In this document: one piece after another, positions 29,459 to 40,987 of the stretch | Layout of the letters: the number at the start of each line of letters is the position of its first letter | How positions within the stretch are numbered: the first letter of the stretch is position 1 | Assembly (NCBI GenBank): GCA_963843575.1 | Contig: CAWJKZ010000018.1 | Coordinates: 64,001 to 128,000 of the forward strand | DNA from: an uncultured Acidobacteriota bacterium | GTDB taxonomy: Bacteria; Acidobacteriota; UBA6911 | Direction: 5' to 3' | Length of the DNA stretch: 64,000 bases | Program-made: the position numbers and the translations under genes | The notes under the pieces: model-generated | Seen by the model: only the letters and a program-made list of their open reading frames with translations | Told to the model about the DNA's origin: nothing | Databases searched by the model: none

Positions 29459-30899
29459 ATGACAGCCATCAATCGCCGCTCTTTCGTCAAAAGCTCATTC
29501 CTGGCCACCGCGGGGGCGGGTTTCTCCGCGCTTTCCCGGGACCGGGTCCTGGGAGCCAACGGGGATGTGCGCCTCGCCGTGGTCGGTTTCAACGGCCAGG
29601 GGGCAAGCCATATCCGGGGATTTCAGAAGGTGCCCGGGGTAAGGCTGGTCGCACTGTGCGATGTCGACAAGGACGTCCTGGACAAGCAGGTTTCGGGTCT
29701 GCGCAACGGCGGCATCTCCGTCACCCCCTACACCGACGTCCGCAAGCTGCTCGACAGCAAGGAGGTCGATGCCATCACCACGGCGACGCCGAATCACTGG
29801 CACGCCCTGGTGACGGTCTGGGCCTGCCAGGCCGGCAAGGACGTCTACGTCGAAAAGCCCGTCTCGCACGAGGTGTGGGAAGGCCGCAAGATGGTCGAGG
29901 CGGCGCGCAAGTACAACCGCATCGTCCAGACCGGGACACAGAGCCGCTCGAACCCGGCGTACCGGGAGGCTATCGCCTGGGTTGCCGCCGGCAACCTCGG
30001 CAAGATCAAGGTCGCACGCGGCCTGTGCTACAAGCGGCGGAAGAGCATCGGCAAGGTGAGCGCTCCTCAACCCGTCCCCGCGTCGATCGACTACGACCTC
30101 TGGTGCGGTCCGGCCCCGAAGGGCCCGCTGATGCGCGAACGGCTGCACTACGACTGGCACTGGGTCTGGCCGACCGGAAACGGCGACCTCGGCAACCAGG
30201 GCATTCACCAGATGGACATCGCGCGCTGGGCGCTCGGCAAGAACTCGCTGTCGCCGCGGGTGTTGAGCGTCGGAGGGCGTCTGGGCTACATCGACGACGG
30301 GGAAACGCCCAACACCCAGTTCATCGTGCACGATTACGGCGACTCGCTTCTGATTTTCGAGGTGCGCGGGCTGCCCGCGAAGGCGGGCGACGAGACCATG
30401 GACAAGTACCGCGGCCAGTCGGTGGGCGACGTGATCGAGTGCGAACACGGCTACCTGGCAGGCACCGTCGCGTATGACCAGCGCGGGCAAGGAGGTCAAG
30501 AAGTTCACCAGGGATGCGGACGACGACGAGGGGCATCACGGCAATTTCATCAAGGCGGTGCGCAGCCGCAAGGTCAGCGACCTGAATGCCGACATCCTGG
30601 AAGGCCACCTTTCCAGCGCGCTCTGTCACACGGGCAACATCTCGTACCGGCTGGGGAAACAATCCCACCCGGCGGAGATCAGAGAAGCCATCAAGGGAGA
30701 CAAGGAGGCGCTCGAAACCTACGAGCGCTTCAAGGAACACCTGGCGGCCAACGGCATCGATCCCGAAAAGACGCCGGCCACGCTGGGCGTGTTCCTCAAG
30801 ATGGATCCGAAGACGGAGAAGTTTATCGGCAACCCCAAGGCCGACGGGTTGCTGCGGCGCGAATACCGGCACCCCTTCGTCCTGCCCGACAAGATTTGA
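29459..30899 (+). pseudogene. Tat-exported Gfo/Idh/MocA oxidoreductase with one +1 frameshift near 30478 (possibly sequencing error)
   Basis: NRRSFVK, TPNHWH, DVYVEKP, HQMD. After GTVAYD the protein continues in the 30474-30899 frame (SAGKEVKKF...NFIKAVRSR...GNISYRLG). Confidence 0.85.
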
Positions 30900-30903
30900 G
30901 CAG

Positions 30904-30934
30904 CGTGGGCGGGGACGGTTCGGCCCCGCCCACG
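30904..30934. terminator. GC-rich hairpin just after the oxidoreductase stop (REP/terminator-like, no U tract)
   Basis: cgtgggcgggg ... ccccgcccacg, 11-bp perfect stem. Confidence 0.4.
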
Positions 30935-31013
30935 GGTGTGCTGGCCCCTGGAAATCACGAACCGGGGCTGCGGCCGACCGTCGCGGCCCACTATCTCTTT
31001 CATGCCGGACGCC

Positions 31014-32918
31014 ATGAACAGAAGCTGTTTCAGCGGTGTGTCTCTCGTCGTGCTCGCTGTGGCGCTGGGAACGGTCCGCGCGGAGCCGGTCCGGGCCGCT
31101 GAGCCGGCGGCTAATCCGGCCGTGATCCCCCTCCAGCTTCAGACGCCCACACGCGGCGTGACACTCACCGGGGGCGTGCTGAAGCGGGTGTTCGACCAGA
31201 ACGTCGCCTATCTGGTCAACAACTTCGCCGAGGACGACCTCCTGTACGTTTTCCGCGAGCGCGCCGGAATGCAGCAGCCCCCGGGGAAGCCGTTTGGCTG
31301 GGACAAGGGCGGCCCCCGAGTGACGGGCTCGGTGGCGGGGCTGTTCCTCATGGGGAGCGGCAACGCCCTGCGCTGGGAGCAGAACGGGAAGCTCAGGGCG
31401 CGGATGAATGCGCTCGTTGCGGGGATGGCCGCCTGCAAGCAGCCCAACGGCTTCATCATGGCTTACCCGGAGAAGGAAACCGGGTTGCGCGAGAACGCCA
31501 ACTACGTCCGCTCCTGGATTACCCACGGGCTCGTCGACGCTGCCCTGGCAGGCAACACCGACGCCCTCCCGCTGATCCGCGGCCACCTCGACTGGTTCAA
31601 CCGGTGCGAGTACCTGCCCCAGGTCGTGGACAGGAACCGAGGCTATATCGCCGATCACTGGATACCCTACCAGGGCATGATCTCCTCGACCCGCATGTAC
31701 CTGTCTCCGCTCGGCCGGCTGGACGACCTGAGCCTCATCCTGAACCACTACCAGGAGGATTGGTGGCTCGCGCAGCTGTTGGCCAGAGACGACAAGGCCA
31801 TCTATGACCGCCCGGAATCCCACTGCTACGAGATCACCGCCTTCGAGGCCTATCTGGATCTGTACCGGATAACCGGGGAGATGAAGTACCTGCAAGCGGT
31901 CCTCAACGCCTGGACTATGCTGCGCGACAAGTGGCAAATGCCGGGAGGCTCGTGGGCCCTGTGCGAGCGGCGGCGCTACCCGCCGAAATCCTACCAGATG
32001 GGTGCCCAGAGCCGGTCGGGCGAGCTCTGCTGCGCGGTCTTCTGGGTCAAGCTCAACCAGCGCCTGCATCTGCTTTTCCCCGAGGATGAGGCGTTCGTGG
32101 GCGAAATAGAGAAATCGATCTACAACGCGGGCATAGGAAACCAGATCAAGGATTCCGGGATCAGCTACCACACTGTGCTCGACGTCAAGAAGGACGAGCC
32201 GGTGTCTCCCCCCGCGGGAACCTGCTGCGAAGGGCAGGGCACCCGCCTGTACGGGTCGTTGCCCGAATACCTCTATTCGCTATCACCGGGCGGCATCTAC
32301 GTCGACCTCTACGCCCCGTCCGAGATCACCTGGAAGCAGGGGAACGCGGAGTGGAGACTCCGGACAACCACGGCGTTCCCGGAGGACGGGGATGTGACCC
32401 TCGAGCTCGAGGCCGCCGGCCCCGCCCGGTTCACGGTCAGCCTGCGCATCCCCGGGTGGGCGGACCGGGCCGTGGAGATCCGGCTGAACGGGGCAGGATT
32501 CAGGGCCGGGATTCCCGGCGGCTACTGCCACATGGAACGCGAGTGGAAGCCGGGGGACCGGCTGTCTTTCCGGCTGCCGATGACATTCCGGATGCGGCGC
32601 TACGAGGGCTACGACCAAATCGCCGGATACCCGCGCTACTCGCTCGAATACGGTCCGGTCCTGCTCGCCCTCGCCGGGAAATTCAACTTTCAGCAGACCA
32701 TCCGCATCCTGAACGATCCCGGCCGGCTACCCGCCTGGCTCATGCCGGTCCAAGGGAAGCCGCTGCACTATCAGGTGGCGATCGAGAACGGTTACTGGGC
32801 GCTGCGCGAGGACGAGGCCTGGTCGTCGAAGGCGTTCGAGTACATGCCTTACTACGACATCCCACCGGGCCAGAGTTTCACCGCCTTCCCGGTGGTGCAG
32901 CACCGGGAAGGCCCGTGA
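31014..32918 (+). CDS. Exported beta-L-arabinofuranosidase-like hydrolase (GH127/GH146)
   Basis: Signal peptide, GELCCAVFW, EKSIYN, TCCEGQG, LRIPGWA, YGPVLLA. Confidence 0.85.
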   Translation: MNRSCFSGVSLVVLAVALGTVRAEPVRAAEPAANPAVIPLQLQTPTRGVTLTGGVLKRVFDQNVAYLVNNFAEDDLLYVFRERAGMQQPPGKPFGWDKGGPRVTGSVAGLFLMGSGNALRWEQNGKLRARMNALVAGMAACKQPNGFIMAYPEKETGLRENANYVRSWITHGLVDAALAGNTDALPLIRGHLDWFNRCEYLPQVVDRNRGYIADHWIPYQGMISSTRMYLSPLGRLDDLSLILNHYQEDWWLAQLLARDDKAIYDRPESHCYEITAFEAYLDLYRITGEMKYLQAVLNAWTMLRDKWQMPGGSWALCERRRYPPKSYQMGAQSRSGELCCAVFWVKLNQRLHLLFPEDEAFVGEIEKSIYNAGIGNQIKDSGISYHTVLDVKKDEPVSPPAGTCCEGQGTRLYGSLPEYLYSLSPGGIYVDLYAPSEITWKQGNAEWRLRTTTAFPEDGDVTLELEAAGPARFTVSLRIPGWADRAVEIRLNGAGFRAGIPGGYCHMEREWKPGDRLSFRLPMTFRMRRYEGYDQIAGYPRYSLEYGPVLLALAGKFNFQQTIRILNDPGRLPAWLMPVQGKPLHYQVAIENGYWALREDEAWSSKAFEYMPYYDIPPGQSFTAFPVVQHREGP

Positions 32919-32951
32919 CCCGCGCAGGAGCCCTCTGCAGGGCGAACGGCC

Positions 32952-34097
32952 TCATTTTACAGGTGCGAAGCTGATCTCCACCGGGAAGGTCACATCCAGC
33001 CCATCCTCGGGCGTGATTTTCAGGTTTGTGACGACGTAACGGAGGTCGAAGTTCCTCTTTGCGTCCAGTACTTCGGATTGCCCCCTGAGCTGCAGGAGCA
33101 CCGTCTTGCCGCCTTTGAGCAACAGACGGGGCGGGACCGACACCTCGGCGAACTGCCCCCCTCCGGTCAGCTGGAAATCGATATCGGAACTGTTGCTGAT
33201 CTGGATGTATGCAGAGCGTTTGCCCCTGATGGTCACCGACGGGTTGGACACCTGGACCGAGGCTTTGAAGATCGGCTCCAGGAATTCCCTGCGCCCGATT
33301 AGCGTCTGTCTGAAGCAGACGGCGGTACGGTGCGCCGACAACGCCTCCTTGATGGCTTCGAGACTCTTGTCGGCGGCGAATACCAGGGTGAAGGGCCTCC
33401 ACGCCCCCGGTCCCGCCTCCCATCTCTGGGCGATGGGGTCGTGCATGTCGGAGTTGCTCATGAGAGTGAGGTTCTTCTCCAGGCACCAGCGGTAGACCTC
33501 GGGATAGTAATCCTGGTCGTTGACCACTTCGATGCCTTGCAGCAGGCCCTTTTCGAGCAGTTCCGTCTGTTCCGGATACCAGCGAGCGACGCCGTCCGGC
33601 TGCTGGCCCGTCCAACCCGGGTGATTCCAGAAGATGAAGGCGCCCTGATCCGATGCCGCCTTGAGGGCTTCCCGCCAATCCTCGACATCGAGGGGCTTGC
33701 TCGCCTTGAGAAAGAGCGCGTTGAGGTGTCCCGGGGGCATTTTGCGCGTCACCTCGGAACCCTTGATGACCAGGATGCCCAGGTCGTCACCGAGGCCTTT
33801 CGCAATTTCGTACGACCTGTCGTGGTTGGCGGGGAGATCGTCTTTGTGCGGTTGATACTCGATATGGTCCGTGATGGCGATGACGTCGAGCCCTTCCCGC
33901 CACGCCTCCTCTGCCCGGGTGTCGGGCCAGACGCTCCCGTCGGAAAAGACGGTGTGAATGTGGAAGTCGCACTTGAGGGTTTTATAGCCCGGAATGTCGG
34001 GAATCCGGATCGGGCTCCGGGCCCGTGTGACTTGTCCTTGTGTTATGCCCAACGCGCACATCATCGCCGCAGCGAGCAGGAGCGTCTGTTTCGGCAT
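32952..34097 (-). CDS. Exported PHP-domain phosphoesterase
   Basis: AAGGAG RBS, signal peptide, DFHIHTVFSDG, ITDH, PGHLNA, WNHP, NSDMH. Confidence 0.88.
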   Translation of the reverse strand: MPKQTLLLAAAMMCALGITQGQVTRARSPIRIPDIPGYKTLKCDFHIHTVFSDGSVWPDTRAEEAWREGLDVIAITDHIEYQPHKDDLPANHDRSYEIAKGLGDDLGILVIKGSEVTRKMPPGHLNALFLKASKPLDVEDWREALKAASDQGAFIFWNHPGWTGQQPDGVARWYPEQTELLEKGLLQGIEVVNDQDYYPEVYRWCLEKNLTLMSNSDMHDPIAQRWEAGPGAWRPFTLVFAADKSLEAIKEALSAHRTAVCFRQTLIGRREFLEPIFKASVQVSNPSVTIRGKRSAYIQISNSSDIDFQLTGGGQFAEVSVPPRLLLKGGKTVLLQLRGQSEVLDAKRNFDLRYVVTNLKITPEDGLDVTFPVEISFAPVK

Positions 34098-34193
34098 TGG
34101 CTCTTTCTCCTTGAATTGGGGGCACCAAAATAGCACAGCGAGGACTTGGGGACTACCGCTCGCCTCAGTCCTTCGAGCTTCGCGGTAGGTTCT

Positions 34194-36701
34194 TCAACGG
34201 GCGGCGGGGCTGAGGCAGCTGCGGATCGTGGAGACGAGGGTTGAGATGGCGGCGGCCTTGCTCACGAACGCGACGGCTCCGGCGTCGCGCATGGCCTCCA
34301 GCAGATCGGGCTCGTCGGAGATGGAGAGGCCGATGACCTTGGTGGCCGGCAGTTCCCTCATGACCTGGACCGTGGCGGCAATGCCGTTGAGTCGCGGCAT
34401 GTTGATGTCCATGAGGACCACATCGGGTTTCAGCCGGCGGGCCATTTCGAGCGCCGCCTGGCCGTCCGCGGCCTCCCCGACGGTCTCCATGTCGTCGTGT
34501 TCCTGTAGCAGGCTGCGCAGCCCTTCGCGAATGAGCATGTGGTCATCGGCGAGCAGGACGCGAATTTTTGCCCTGGCGGCCGGGGCCGGCACGCCGCCGG
34601 TCACCGGTGCCACCCGCGGTTGTACGGGTGTCCTGGCCGGCGAGTCCATCGGTGCCCACAAGGTGACGCGGCTGCCGCGCCCCGGTTTGCTCTCGATCTC
34701 CATGCGCCCGCCGAAAAGGTCAAGCCGGCCGCGGATGCTGAAGAGCCCGAACCCCGCCTGTGCGCTCCCCTCGCCAAGGCAGGCTTCCGGGTCGAACCCG
34801 ACGCCGGCGTCGCTGACCACGACCCGGACCTGGTTGTCTCCCGACCTCGACAGGTGGACCTCGGCCGTCCTGACCGCGCCGTGTTTGACGATGTTGAACA
34901 GGAGTTCGCGCGCGGCCTGGAACAGGAGCACGCGGAGGTCCTCGTTGTCGGGGTCCGCCTCGCGGCTGGCGTGGACGGAGACGGTAAGGCCGTGTTTGGA
35001 ACCGATCCAGCGGCCGAGCCACTCGAGGGCGCGCGCCAGCCCGAGGTCATACAGCACCGGCGGGCTCAGTTCGAATGTGAGGGAGCGTGCGACGCTGATG
35101 CTCTCCTTGAGCAGCTCTTCCATCTGGTCGACGGTGGCGCTCGCCGGCGGTTCGGTCTGCTTCCTGATGGTGTCTGCGCACAGCTTGGCGGCGACCAGAA
35201 GTTGCTGGAGCTCGTCGTGGATTGCCTGGGCCAGGCGCCTCCGCTCGCGTTCCTCGGTGTGAGTCAATTCGGCGGCGAGCAGGCGCAGCTCAGCGCTGCG
35301 CTGCTCCAGCTCCTTCTGGGCGCGGTCGCGTTCCGCGCGGGTGCGCAGGGCGGTGAGGCCGAAGGCCAGGTCGTCGGAAAGGTCACGGAGCACGACCAGC
35401 TGCCGGTCGTCGAAGGCGTCCGGTTCCGAAGCGTAGATCGTCAGGTTGCCGAAGACCCGTCCGTTGGCGCACAGCGGCAGGGCGACCGTGGAGCGGAACC
35501 CGCAGCGCAACGCCTCGCCGCGCCAAGGCAGGAGCTGCTCGTCGCTCAAGAAGTCTCGGCCGATGCACGGCTGACCGGTGCGTATGGCCTTTCCCGTGGG
35601 ACCGGCCCCGAACGGGTCGTCTCCCCAGCCAATCCGCACCAGGGACAGGAAACCGTCCTCGTGGCCGGCGTGGCACACGGGCCGCACGGTCTTCGCCGGG
35701 TCGTCTTCGGCGAGCCCGACCCAGGCCATGCGGTAACCTCCCCTGTCCACGATGATGCGGCAGATGTCCGCCAGCAGATCCGTTTCGCGGGTGGCGCGTG
35801 CGATGGCCTCGTTGCAGTCGGTGATGATTTCGAGGGTTTGATTGACGCGCCTGAGGTCGGCCGTCCGCTCCTGTACCATGCGCTCCAGGTCGTCGCGCAT
35901 GTCCTCCAGCTTCTGCTCCGCCTGTTTGCGCAGGGTCACATCGACGATGCCGCCGACGAGGCGAACCGCGCGTCCCTCGCGGTCCAGCACCACCGACCCG
36001 TTGTCCTCGACATGGAGGAAGTTCCCGTCGCGGTGGCGTATCCGGTATTGAACCGAATAGCGCTCCAGGTGGGCGAGGCCCCGGCGCACTCCCTCTGTGA
36101 CGGGCAGATCTTCCGGGTGTACCTGATCGAACCACCAGGCCATCGTCTGGTCGCGCTCCTCGGGTTCGTAGCCGAGCAGCCGCGAGAGGCCCTGCACCGA
36201 CAGGGCGCGCCCCGCGACCAGGTCCACGTCGTAGACGAGGGCGTGGGCAGCCTCGGAGGCGAGGCGAAACCGCGTCTCGCTCTCGCGCAGCGCCGCCTCG
36301 GTGCAGCTGCGTTCGACGGCGTAACGGATGGCGCGCGCGATCTGACGCGCGTCACTCTCCCCCTTGACCAGATAGTCCTGCACGCCGCGGCGCACGGCCT
36401 CCAGCGCGAGCACCTCGTCCTCGAGGCCGGTGAGGACCACCAGCGGGATGAGCGGTGCTCCCGTGCGCACGGCGAGGAACGTGTCGAGGCCCGTACTGTC
36501 GGGCAGCGAGAGGTCGAGCAGCACGACGTCGAACTGCACGGCGCCCAGCCGCTCGAGCGCCTCGTCCAGGCGTTCGACGCGAGTGACCTCGAACCGTTCG
36601 GCGGCCAGGGTGGCCAGTTGTTCCTGCAGCAAGAGCGCATCGGAGAGACTGTCCTCGACCAGCAACACCTTGATGGGCGGTCTCGTCAACACACACCTCA
36701 C
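34194..36701 (-). CDS. Hybrid sensor kinase REC-PAS-GAF-HisKA_3-HATPase-REC
   Basis: LLVED...[11 protein letters not shown] (VHPED...YRIRHRDG), GAF (YRMAWVG), [16 protein letters not shown]-terminal LADDH...MDINMP. Confidence 0.92.
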   Translation of the reverse strand: MRCVLTRPPIKVLLVEDSLSDALLLQEQLATLAAERFEVTRVERLDEALERLGAVQFDVVLLDLSLPDSTGLDTFLAVRTGAPLIPLVVLTGLEDEVLALEAVRRGVQDYLVKGESDARQIARAIRYAVERSCTEAALRESETRFRLASEAAHALVYDVDLVAGRALSVQGLSRLLGYEPEERDQTMAWWFDQVHPEDLPVTEGVRRGLAHLERYSVQYRIRHRDGNFLHVEDNGSVVLDREGRAVRLVGGIVDVTLRKQAEQKLEDMRDDLERMVQERTADLRRVNQTLEIITDCNEAIARATRETDLLADICRIIVDRGGYRMAWVGLAEDDPAKTVRPVCHAGHEDGFLSLVRIGWGDDPFGAGPTGKAIRTGQPCIGRDFLSDEQLLPWRGEALRCGFRSTVALPLCANGRVFGNLTIYASEPDAFDDRQLVVLRDLSDDLAFGLTALRTRAERDRAQKELEQRSAELRLLAAELTHTEERERRRLAQAIHDELQQLLVAAKLCADTIRKQTEPPASATVDQMEELLKESISVARSLTFELSPPVLYDLGLARALEWLGRWIGSKHGLTVSVHASREADPDNEDLRVLLFQAARELLFNIVKHGAVRTAEVHLSRSGDNQVRVVVSDAGVGFDPEACLGEGSAQAGFGLFSIRGRLDLFGGRMEIESKPGRGSRVTLWAPMDSPARTPVQPRVAPVTGGVPAPAARAKIRVLLADDHMLIREGLRSLLQEHDDMETVGEAADGQAALEMARRLKPDVVLMDINMPRLNGIAATVQVMRELPATKVIGLSISDEPDLLEAMRDAGAVAFVSKAAAISTLVSTIRSCLSPAAR

Positions 36702-37153
36702 CTTGACATATCGGGAGGGAGCGTAACCACCTGCAGCCAGAAGTGCTCGATGGACCGGACGATTTCCAGGAACTTGCTGAATTCCACGGGTTTGGTGATG
36801 TAGCAGTTGGCCTGCAACTCGTAGGCGCGCGAGACGTCCTGTTCGGCCTTGGAAGTGGTCAGCACCACCACGGGGATTGAGCGGAGTGCGGCGTCCGACT
36901 TGAGCTCTTCCAGGACCTCCCGACCATCCCGGCGGGGCAGGTTGAGATCGAGCAGGATCAAATCCGGCCTGTGCGCGTCGGCGAACTCGTTCCGCCGCCG
37001 CAGGAACTCGAGCGCCTGCACCCCGTCCTCGACCACGGTCAGGCGGTTGCTGCCCTTGGCCTCACTGAGCGCCTCGAACGTCAGATCGGCGTCACTGGGG
37101 CTGTCCTCGACCAGAAGGATCTCGACAGGCCTGAGACGATTCGACAATGTCAT
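36698..37153 (-). CDS. Single-domain response regulator (Rcp1-like)
   Basis: True start at ATG 37153 with ATGA overlap; [34 protein letters not shown]. Confidence 0.92.
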   Translation of the reverse strand: MTLSNRLRPVEILLVEDSPSDADLTFEALSEAKGSNRLTVVEDGVQALEFLRRRNEFADAHRPDLILLDLNLPRRDGREVLEELKSDAALRSIPVVVLTTSKAEQDVSRAYELQANCYITKPVEFSKFLEIVRSIEHFWLQVVTLPPDMSR

Positions 37154-40100
37154 GAACGATCTTCCGTCTGGGGAATGGTGAAGTGAAAGGTCGAGCCCTC
37201 GCCGGGTTTGGACTCGACCCAGATTGTGCCGTCGTGGCGTTCGACGATGCGTTTGCAGATGGCGAGGCCGATGCCGGTGCCGGGGTACTTGCGGCGCGTG
37301 TGCAGCCTCTGGAAGAGCAGGAAAATCCGTTCGCTGTATTGCGGATCGATGCCGATGCCGTTGTCGCGGACGGAAAAAACCCACTGGTCCGCGCGCCTTT
37401 CGGCCTGCACCTCGATCTCGGGGTCGCGGGTGCTGCGGAATTTGATCGCATTGCCGATCAGGTTCTGAAACAGTTGTGCGATCTGGGTTGCGTCGACCCG
37501 GAGGGTGGGCAGGAGCTTCCAGGTAATCTTGGCGCCCGACTCCCGGATGCTGACCTCCAGGTTGGACAGCGCGTTGGCCAAAGCCGCCGTCATGTCGGCC
37601 GGTTCGAAATCCTTCCCCCTGGTCCCCACGCGCGAGAACGCCAGCAGATCGGTGATGAGCGTCTGCATGCGCGCGGCCCCGTCGGAGGCGGCTGCTATGA
37701 ACTGGACGGCCTTGTCGTCCAGCTTGTCGCGATAGCGATGCTCCAGCAGCTCCACGTAGCCGGCCACGGCCCGCAACGGTTCCTGAAGATCGTGCGAGGC
37801 AGCGGAGGCGAACTGCTCCAGGTCGCGGTTGGAGCGGGCGAGCTCCTCGGCGGTGCGCCGCAGGGTCTGCTCGGCACGGTTGCGTTCCGCGATCTCCAGC
37901 TGGAGCCGCGTGTTGGTCTGCTGCAGCTCGGTGGTCCGCTGCTGTACCAGCTCCTCCAGGCGGCCCCGATACCGGGCCACCTCGGCCTCGGCGCGCTTGG
38001 CTTCGGTGATGTCCGTGCAGGCGCCGATCCACTCCCGGATGACCCCCGCGCTTTCGAATACCGGGACCCCGTGCACTGCAAAGTGCCGGTATTCCCCGTC
38101 GCTTCGGCGCACTCGGTACTCGGTCTCGTAGGGCACCTGGCTGTCGACGGACAGCGCCCACCTCTCCATGGTGGATTCCTGGTCGTCCGGGTGCAAGGCC
38201 TGCACCCAGCCCCACCCGAGGGCCTGTTCGAGGGCCTGCCCGGTAAATGCCCGCCAAGTCGGGATATCCGCAACGACCTCTCCCCGCGCGTCCGTGGTCC
38301 AGATCATCTGCGCCGAGGCGGTGACGAGCGACCGGTAGCGCGCTTCGCTGCTCTGCAGAATGCGCTGGATGGCGTTTCTCTCGGTGACATCGCGCGCCGC
38401 CGCGAACACCCCCTGGACCTCGCCCGCCTCGTTGCGATAGACCGTGGCGTTGTAGAGCACGTCGGTGCAGCACCCGGAAACACTCCGGATCGTGAGCGGA
38501 TAGTCCGTTACCTGCCCCTCGGCGATCACCCTGCGGAAACCTGCCTCGGCTCTCTCGGGTTCGGTGAAATACTCGGAGAAGTTGCTCCCGATCAGCCGTT
38601 CGCGCGGCAGACCGGTCACCAGTTCCGTGGCCCGGTTGACGTCGGTGATCGTGCCGTTCTGGCTGATGGTGACGAGCGGGTCCAGGCTGGCTTCGATCAA
38701 CGAGCGGGCATACTGCGAGGCTGCGCGGGCTTCCATCTCCGCACGCTTCGCCTTGGTCACCTCCACCAGCGAGAACAACAGGAAATCGATTTCCCCCCTC
38801 CCGTCGTGGACGGGGACCAGGGCCCAGTCCCAGAACGTGATCCCCAACTCCGGGTGATCGGGGAACACGAACGGTTTTGCCGAGGTCATGAAGGGCTTCC
38901 CGGTCCGCATGACCTCTTCGAAGATGGCCTGATTCTCGGGATTGGGAAAATACTCGAAGTGGTTGTGGCCGGGGAATTCCGAGACGTCGCGCAGGCACCC
39001 TCGCGCATACGCCTCATTGACGCGGATGAAATCGAAGTTGCGGTCGAGGATGACAAGCGGGGTGAGGCTGTGCTGGAAGAGTGCTTCCAGGGAGCGCGCC
39101 TGTTCGACGACCGCCTCCTGCGACTTCACGCGCTCCAGGATTTCCCCCTGGAGCGCCTTGTTGGCAGCCTGCAGTTCCGCCGTGCGGTCGGCAACCCTCC
39201 GTTCCAGCTGCTCGTTTGCGGTGCGCAACGCGTCTTCGGAGCGCTTCAGTTCGGTGAGGTCATAAATCGTGACCACCGCGACGACGGTCTGCCCCTCCTT
39301 GTTGGTCACGGGGGTGGCGCTGAAGCTCCCGATGAATGTCCTGCCGGTATCGCGGCGGGTCACGCGGATGAGCGTGTTGACGACGTGCTCGCCCCGCCGC
39401 GCCCGCGCCATGGGCCAGTCCTTCTTGGGAATCGGCTTGCCGTCGGGCTCGGTGGTTTCAAAGATCTGGGGGGCCCTGGCCAGCAGGGTCTTCAGTTCCT
39501 CCGCCGATCCCACGCCGTAGAGATCGAGCGCGGCCAGGTTCGCGCTGAGAATGTTTCCGCCGGGATCGCCGATCACCAGCCCCTGGCTGATGCTGTTGAC
39601 GACGGCCTCGAGCTGTTTCAGGTTGAGGTCCGCCTCGAGAAGCAGCCGTTCGCGCTCCTGCTCGGCGCGCCTGCGCTCGGTGACGTCGACGAACAGGGCG
39701 GCGAACTGGCGGGGCGCCGGGCTGTAGGCAAACACCTCGAACACGTGCCCGAGGGCGCCGCTGCTGAACTCGAAGTGCGCGGGCTGGCGTGTCAGGGCCA
39801 CGTTCCCGTATGTCTGAATCCAGAACGGCTCGATATCGGGGATGACCTGGCGCACGGTCTTGCCGATGACGTCGTCGGGTTTCAGGCCGGTTAGGCGCTC
39901 GAAGGCCGGGTTGACCTCGAGGAAGCGGTAGTCGATCGGCTCGCCGCGGTCGTCGCACATGATTTCATGCAGGGCAAACCCCTCGCTCATGGCGTTGAAC
40001 AGGGCGCGGTAGCGACCCTCCGTCTCGCGCTGCAGTTCCCTGGCCTGCCGGTGGTTGTGGCTTTCGAGGAGCTGCCATCCCGCCTCGCTCTTGAGCAGGA

Positions 40101-40689
40101 CGAACTGGTGGTTGCGCACGACGTCGAGGATCTCGGCGGCACCGCACCGTGCCAGGGCGTAGGAGCAGAGCGCGATCATGCGGTAATTCCCGATGACGGC
40201 GTTGATGGCTTCCTCGTAGTCCGTGAAACTCTTCCAGTCCTTTCTTTCGAGCCACACGGTGTTTCCGGTGAGCCGCAGTCCCGCGAATCCCCTGGCCCGG
40301 GCGTCGTCGAGCTTGGCAATCCAGCCGTTGAGGACGCGGTTGAGGTCGAACACTCCGTCTTTGAGGTACCACTCGGAGTGGGTCAGGATTTCGATCTGGC
40401 CTTTTTCCACGTAGTCGTCGAATCGGGGAACCGCGCGGCGCAACGCCGCCTCGGCCTCGCTCGCGCTGAAATTGGGCGCCGTGATCCACATGCAGTACTC
40501 GTTGCCCTCGAGGCCGGCTTTGAAGTAGGGCACCAGCATGTCGGCCAGGTCCTGCGAGTTCTCGTAGAAGTGGCAGAAATGTGTACCCCATCGGGCGTCC
40601 CCGATCGCCTCTATGCCAGTCCTTCTCATGTCGGATTCGGGCGTTATCTTACGCGGGGCCCGTGCTGCGGCGGGAGAATGCGGGTGCAT
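37150..40689 (-). CDS. MEDS plus multi-PAS histidine kinase (HisKA/HATPase)
   Basis: MEDS motifs [20 protein letters not shown]; about five PAS/PAC segments; [29 protein letters not shown]. Start uncertain (40689 or 40629). Confidence 0.9.
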   Translation of the reverse strand: MHPHSPAAARAPRKITPESDMRRTGIEAIGDARWGTHFCHFYENSQDLADMLVPYFKAGLEGNEYCMWITAPNFSASEAEAALRRAVPRFDDYVEKGQIEILTHSEWYLKDGVFDLNRVLNGWIAKLDDARARGFAGLRLTGNTVWLERKDWKSFTDYEEAINAVIGNYRMIALCSYALARCGAAEILDVVRNHQFVLLKSEAGWQLLESHNHRQARELQRETEGRYRALFNAMSEGFALHEIMCDDRGEPIDYRFLEVNPAFERLTGLKPDDVIGKTVRQVIPDIEPFWIQTYGNVALTRQPAHFEFSSGALGHVFEVFAYSPAPRQFAALFVDVTERRRAEQERERLLLEADLNLKQLEAVVNSISQGLVIGDPGGNILSANLAALDLYGVGSAEELKTLLARAPQIFETTEPDGKPIPKKDWPMARARRGEHVVNTLIRVTRRDTGRTFIGSFSATPVTNKEGQTVVAVVTIYDLTELKRSEDALRTANEQLERRVADRTAELQAANKALQGEILERVKSQEAVVEQARSLEALFQHSLTPLVILDRNFDFIRVNEAYARGCLRDVSEFPGHNHFEYFPNPENQAIFEEVMRTGKPFMTSAKPFVFPDHPELGITFWDWALVPVHDGRGEIDFLLFSLVEVTKAKRAEMEARAASQYARSLIEASLDPLVTISQNGTITDVNRATELVTGLPRERLIGSNFSEYFTEPERAEAGFRRVIAEGQVTDYPLTIRSVSGCCTDVLYNATVYRNEAGEVQGVFAAARDVTERNAIQRILQSSEARYRSLVTASAQMIWTTDARGEVVADIPTWRAFTGQALEQALGWGWVQALHPDDQESTMERWALSVDSQVPYETEYRVRRSDGEYRHFAVHGVPVFESAGVIREWIGACTDITEAKRAEAEVARYRGRLEELVQQRTTELQQTNTRLQLEIAERNRAEQTLRRTAEELARSNRDLEQFASAASHDLQEPLRAVAGYVELLEHRYRDKLDDKAVQFIAAASDGAARMQTLITDLLAFSRVGTRGKDFEPADMTAALANALSNLEVSIRESGAKITWKLLPTLRVDATQIAQLFQNLIGNAIKFRSTRDPEIEVQAERRADQWVFSVRDNGIGIDPQYSERIFLLFQRLHTRRKYPGTGIGLAICKRIVERHDGTIWVESKPGEGSTFHFTIPQTEDRS

Positions 40690-40882
40690 CGTGTTTAATA
40701 CCTCGTCGAGAAACGAGACTCGAGCCGGCAGGACGGCTCCCGTCGCGCCGGCGGCGAATTCTGTAGTGGTCAGGCAGGGATTATATGGAAACGCTCGCCG
40801 CCGGAGTACATAAAATCCGCCCGAGTGAATCGGGTCGGGTGAAGTGCGGGGCTTGGGCGCCGCCGCTGGCGCTCCCCGCCGC

Positions 40883-40966
40883 CTTCGAGATTCTTCGAGT
40901 CCTTTCAGCCTGGAAGTCAGTCCAACGCGCACCTCGAAGACTGGAAGATCTCGAAGAATCTCAAAG
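40883..40966. repeat. Intergenic hairpin built from short CTCGAAGA-like units
   Basis: gagattcttcgag (40887-40899) pairs perfectly with ctcgaagaatctc (40950-40962); related words near 29417-29440. Confidence 0.55.
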
Positions 40967-40987
40967 ATGGAGGCTGGGGGCCGCCCT

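Noticed and set aside
37183-39894. Long antisense or alternate-frame ORFs (also 40-1098, 34539-36803, 47218-49152, 50118-51881, 50222-52081)
   Set aside because: Shadow ORFs of high-GC genes with no motifs, each overlapping a well-supported CDS.
37150-40689. Bacteriophytochrome or LOV photoreceptor
   Set aside because: The kinase core and Rcp1-like partner resemble Cph1 systems, but no PASDIP GAF-PHY or NCRFLQ motif is present.
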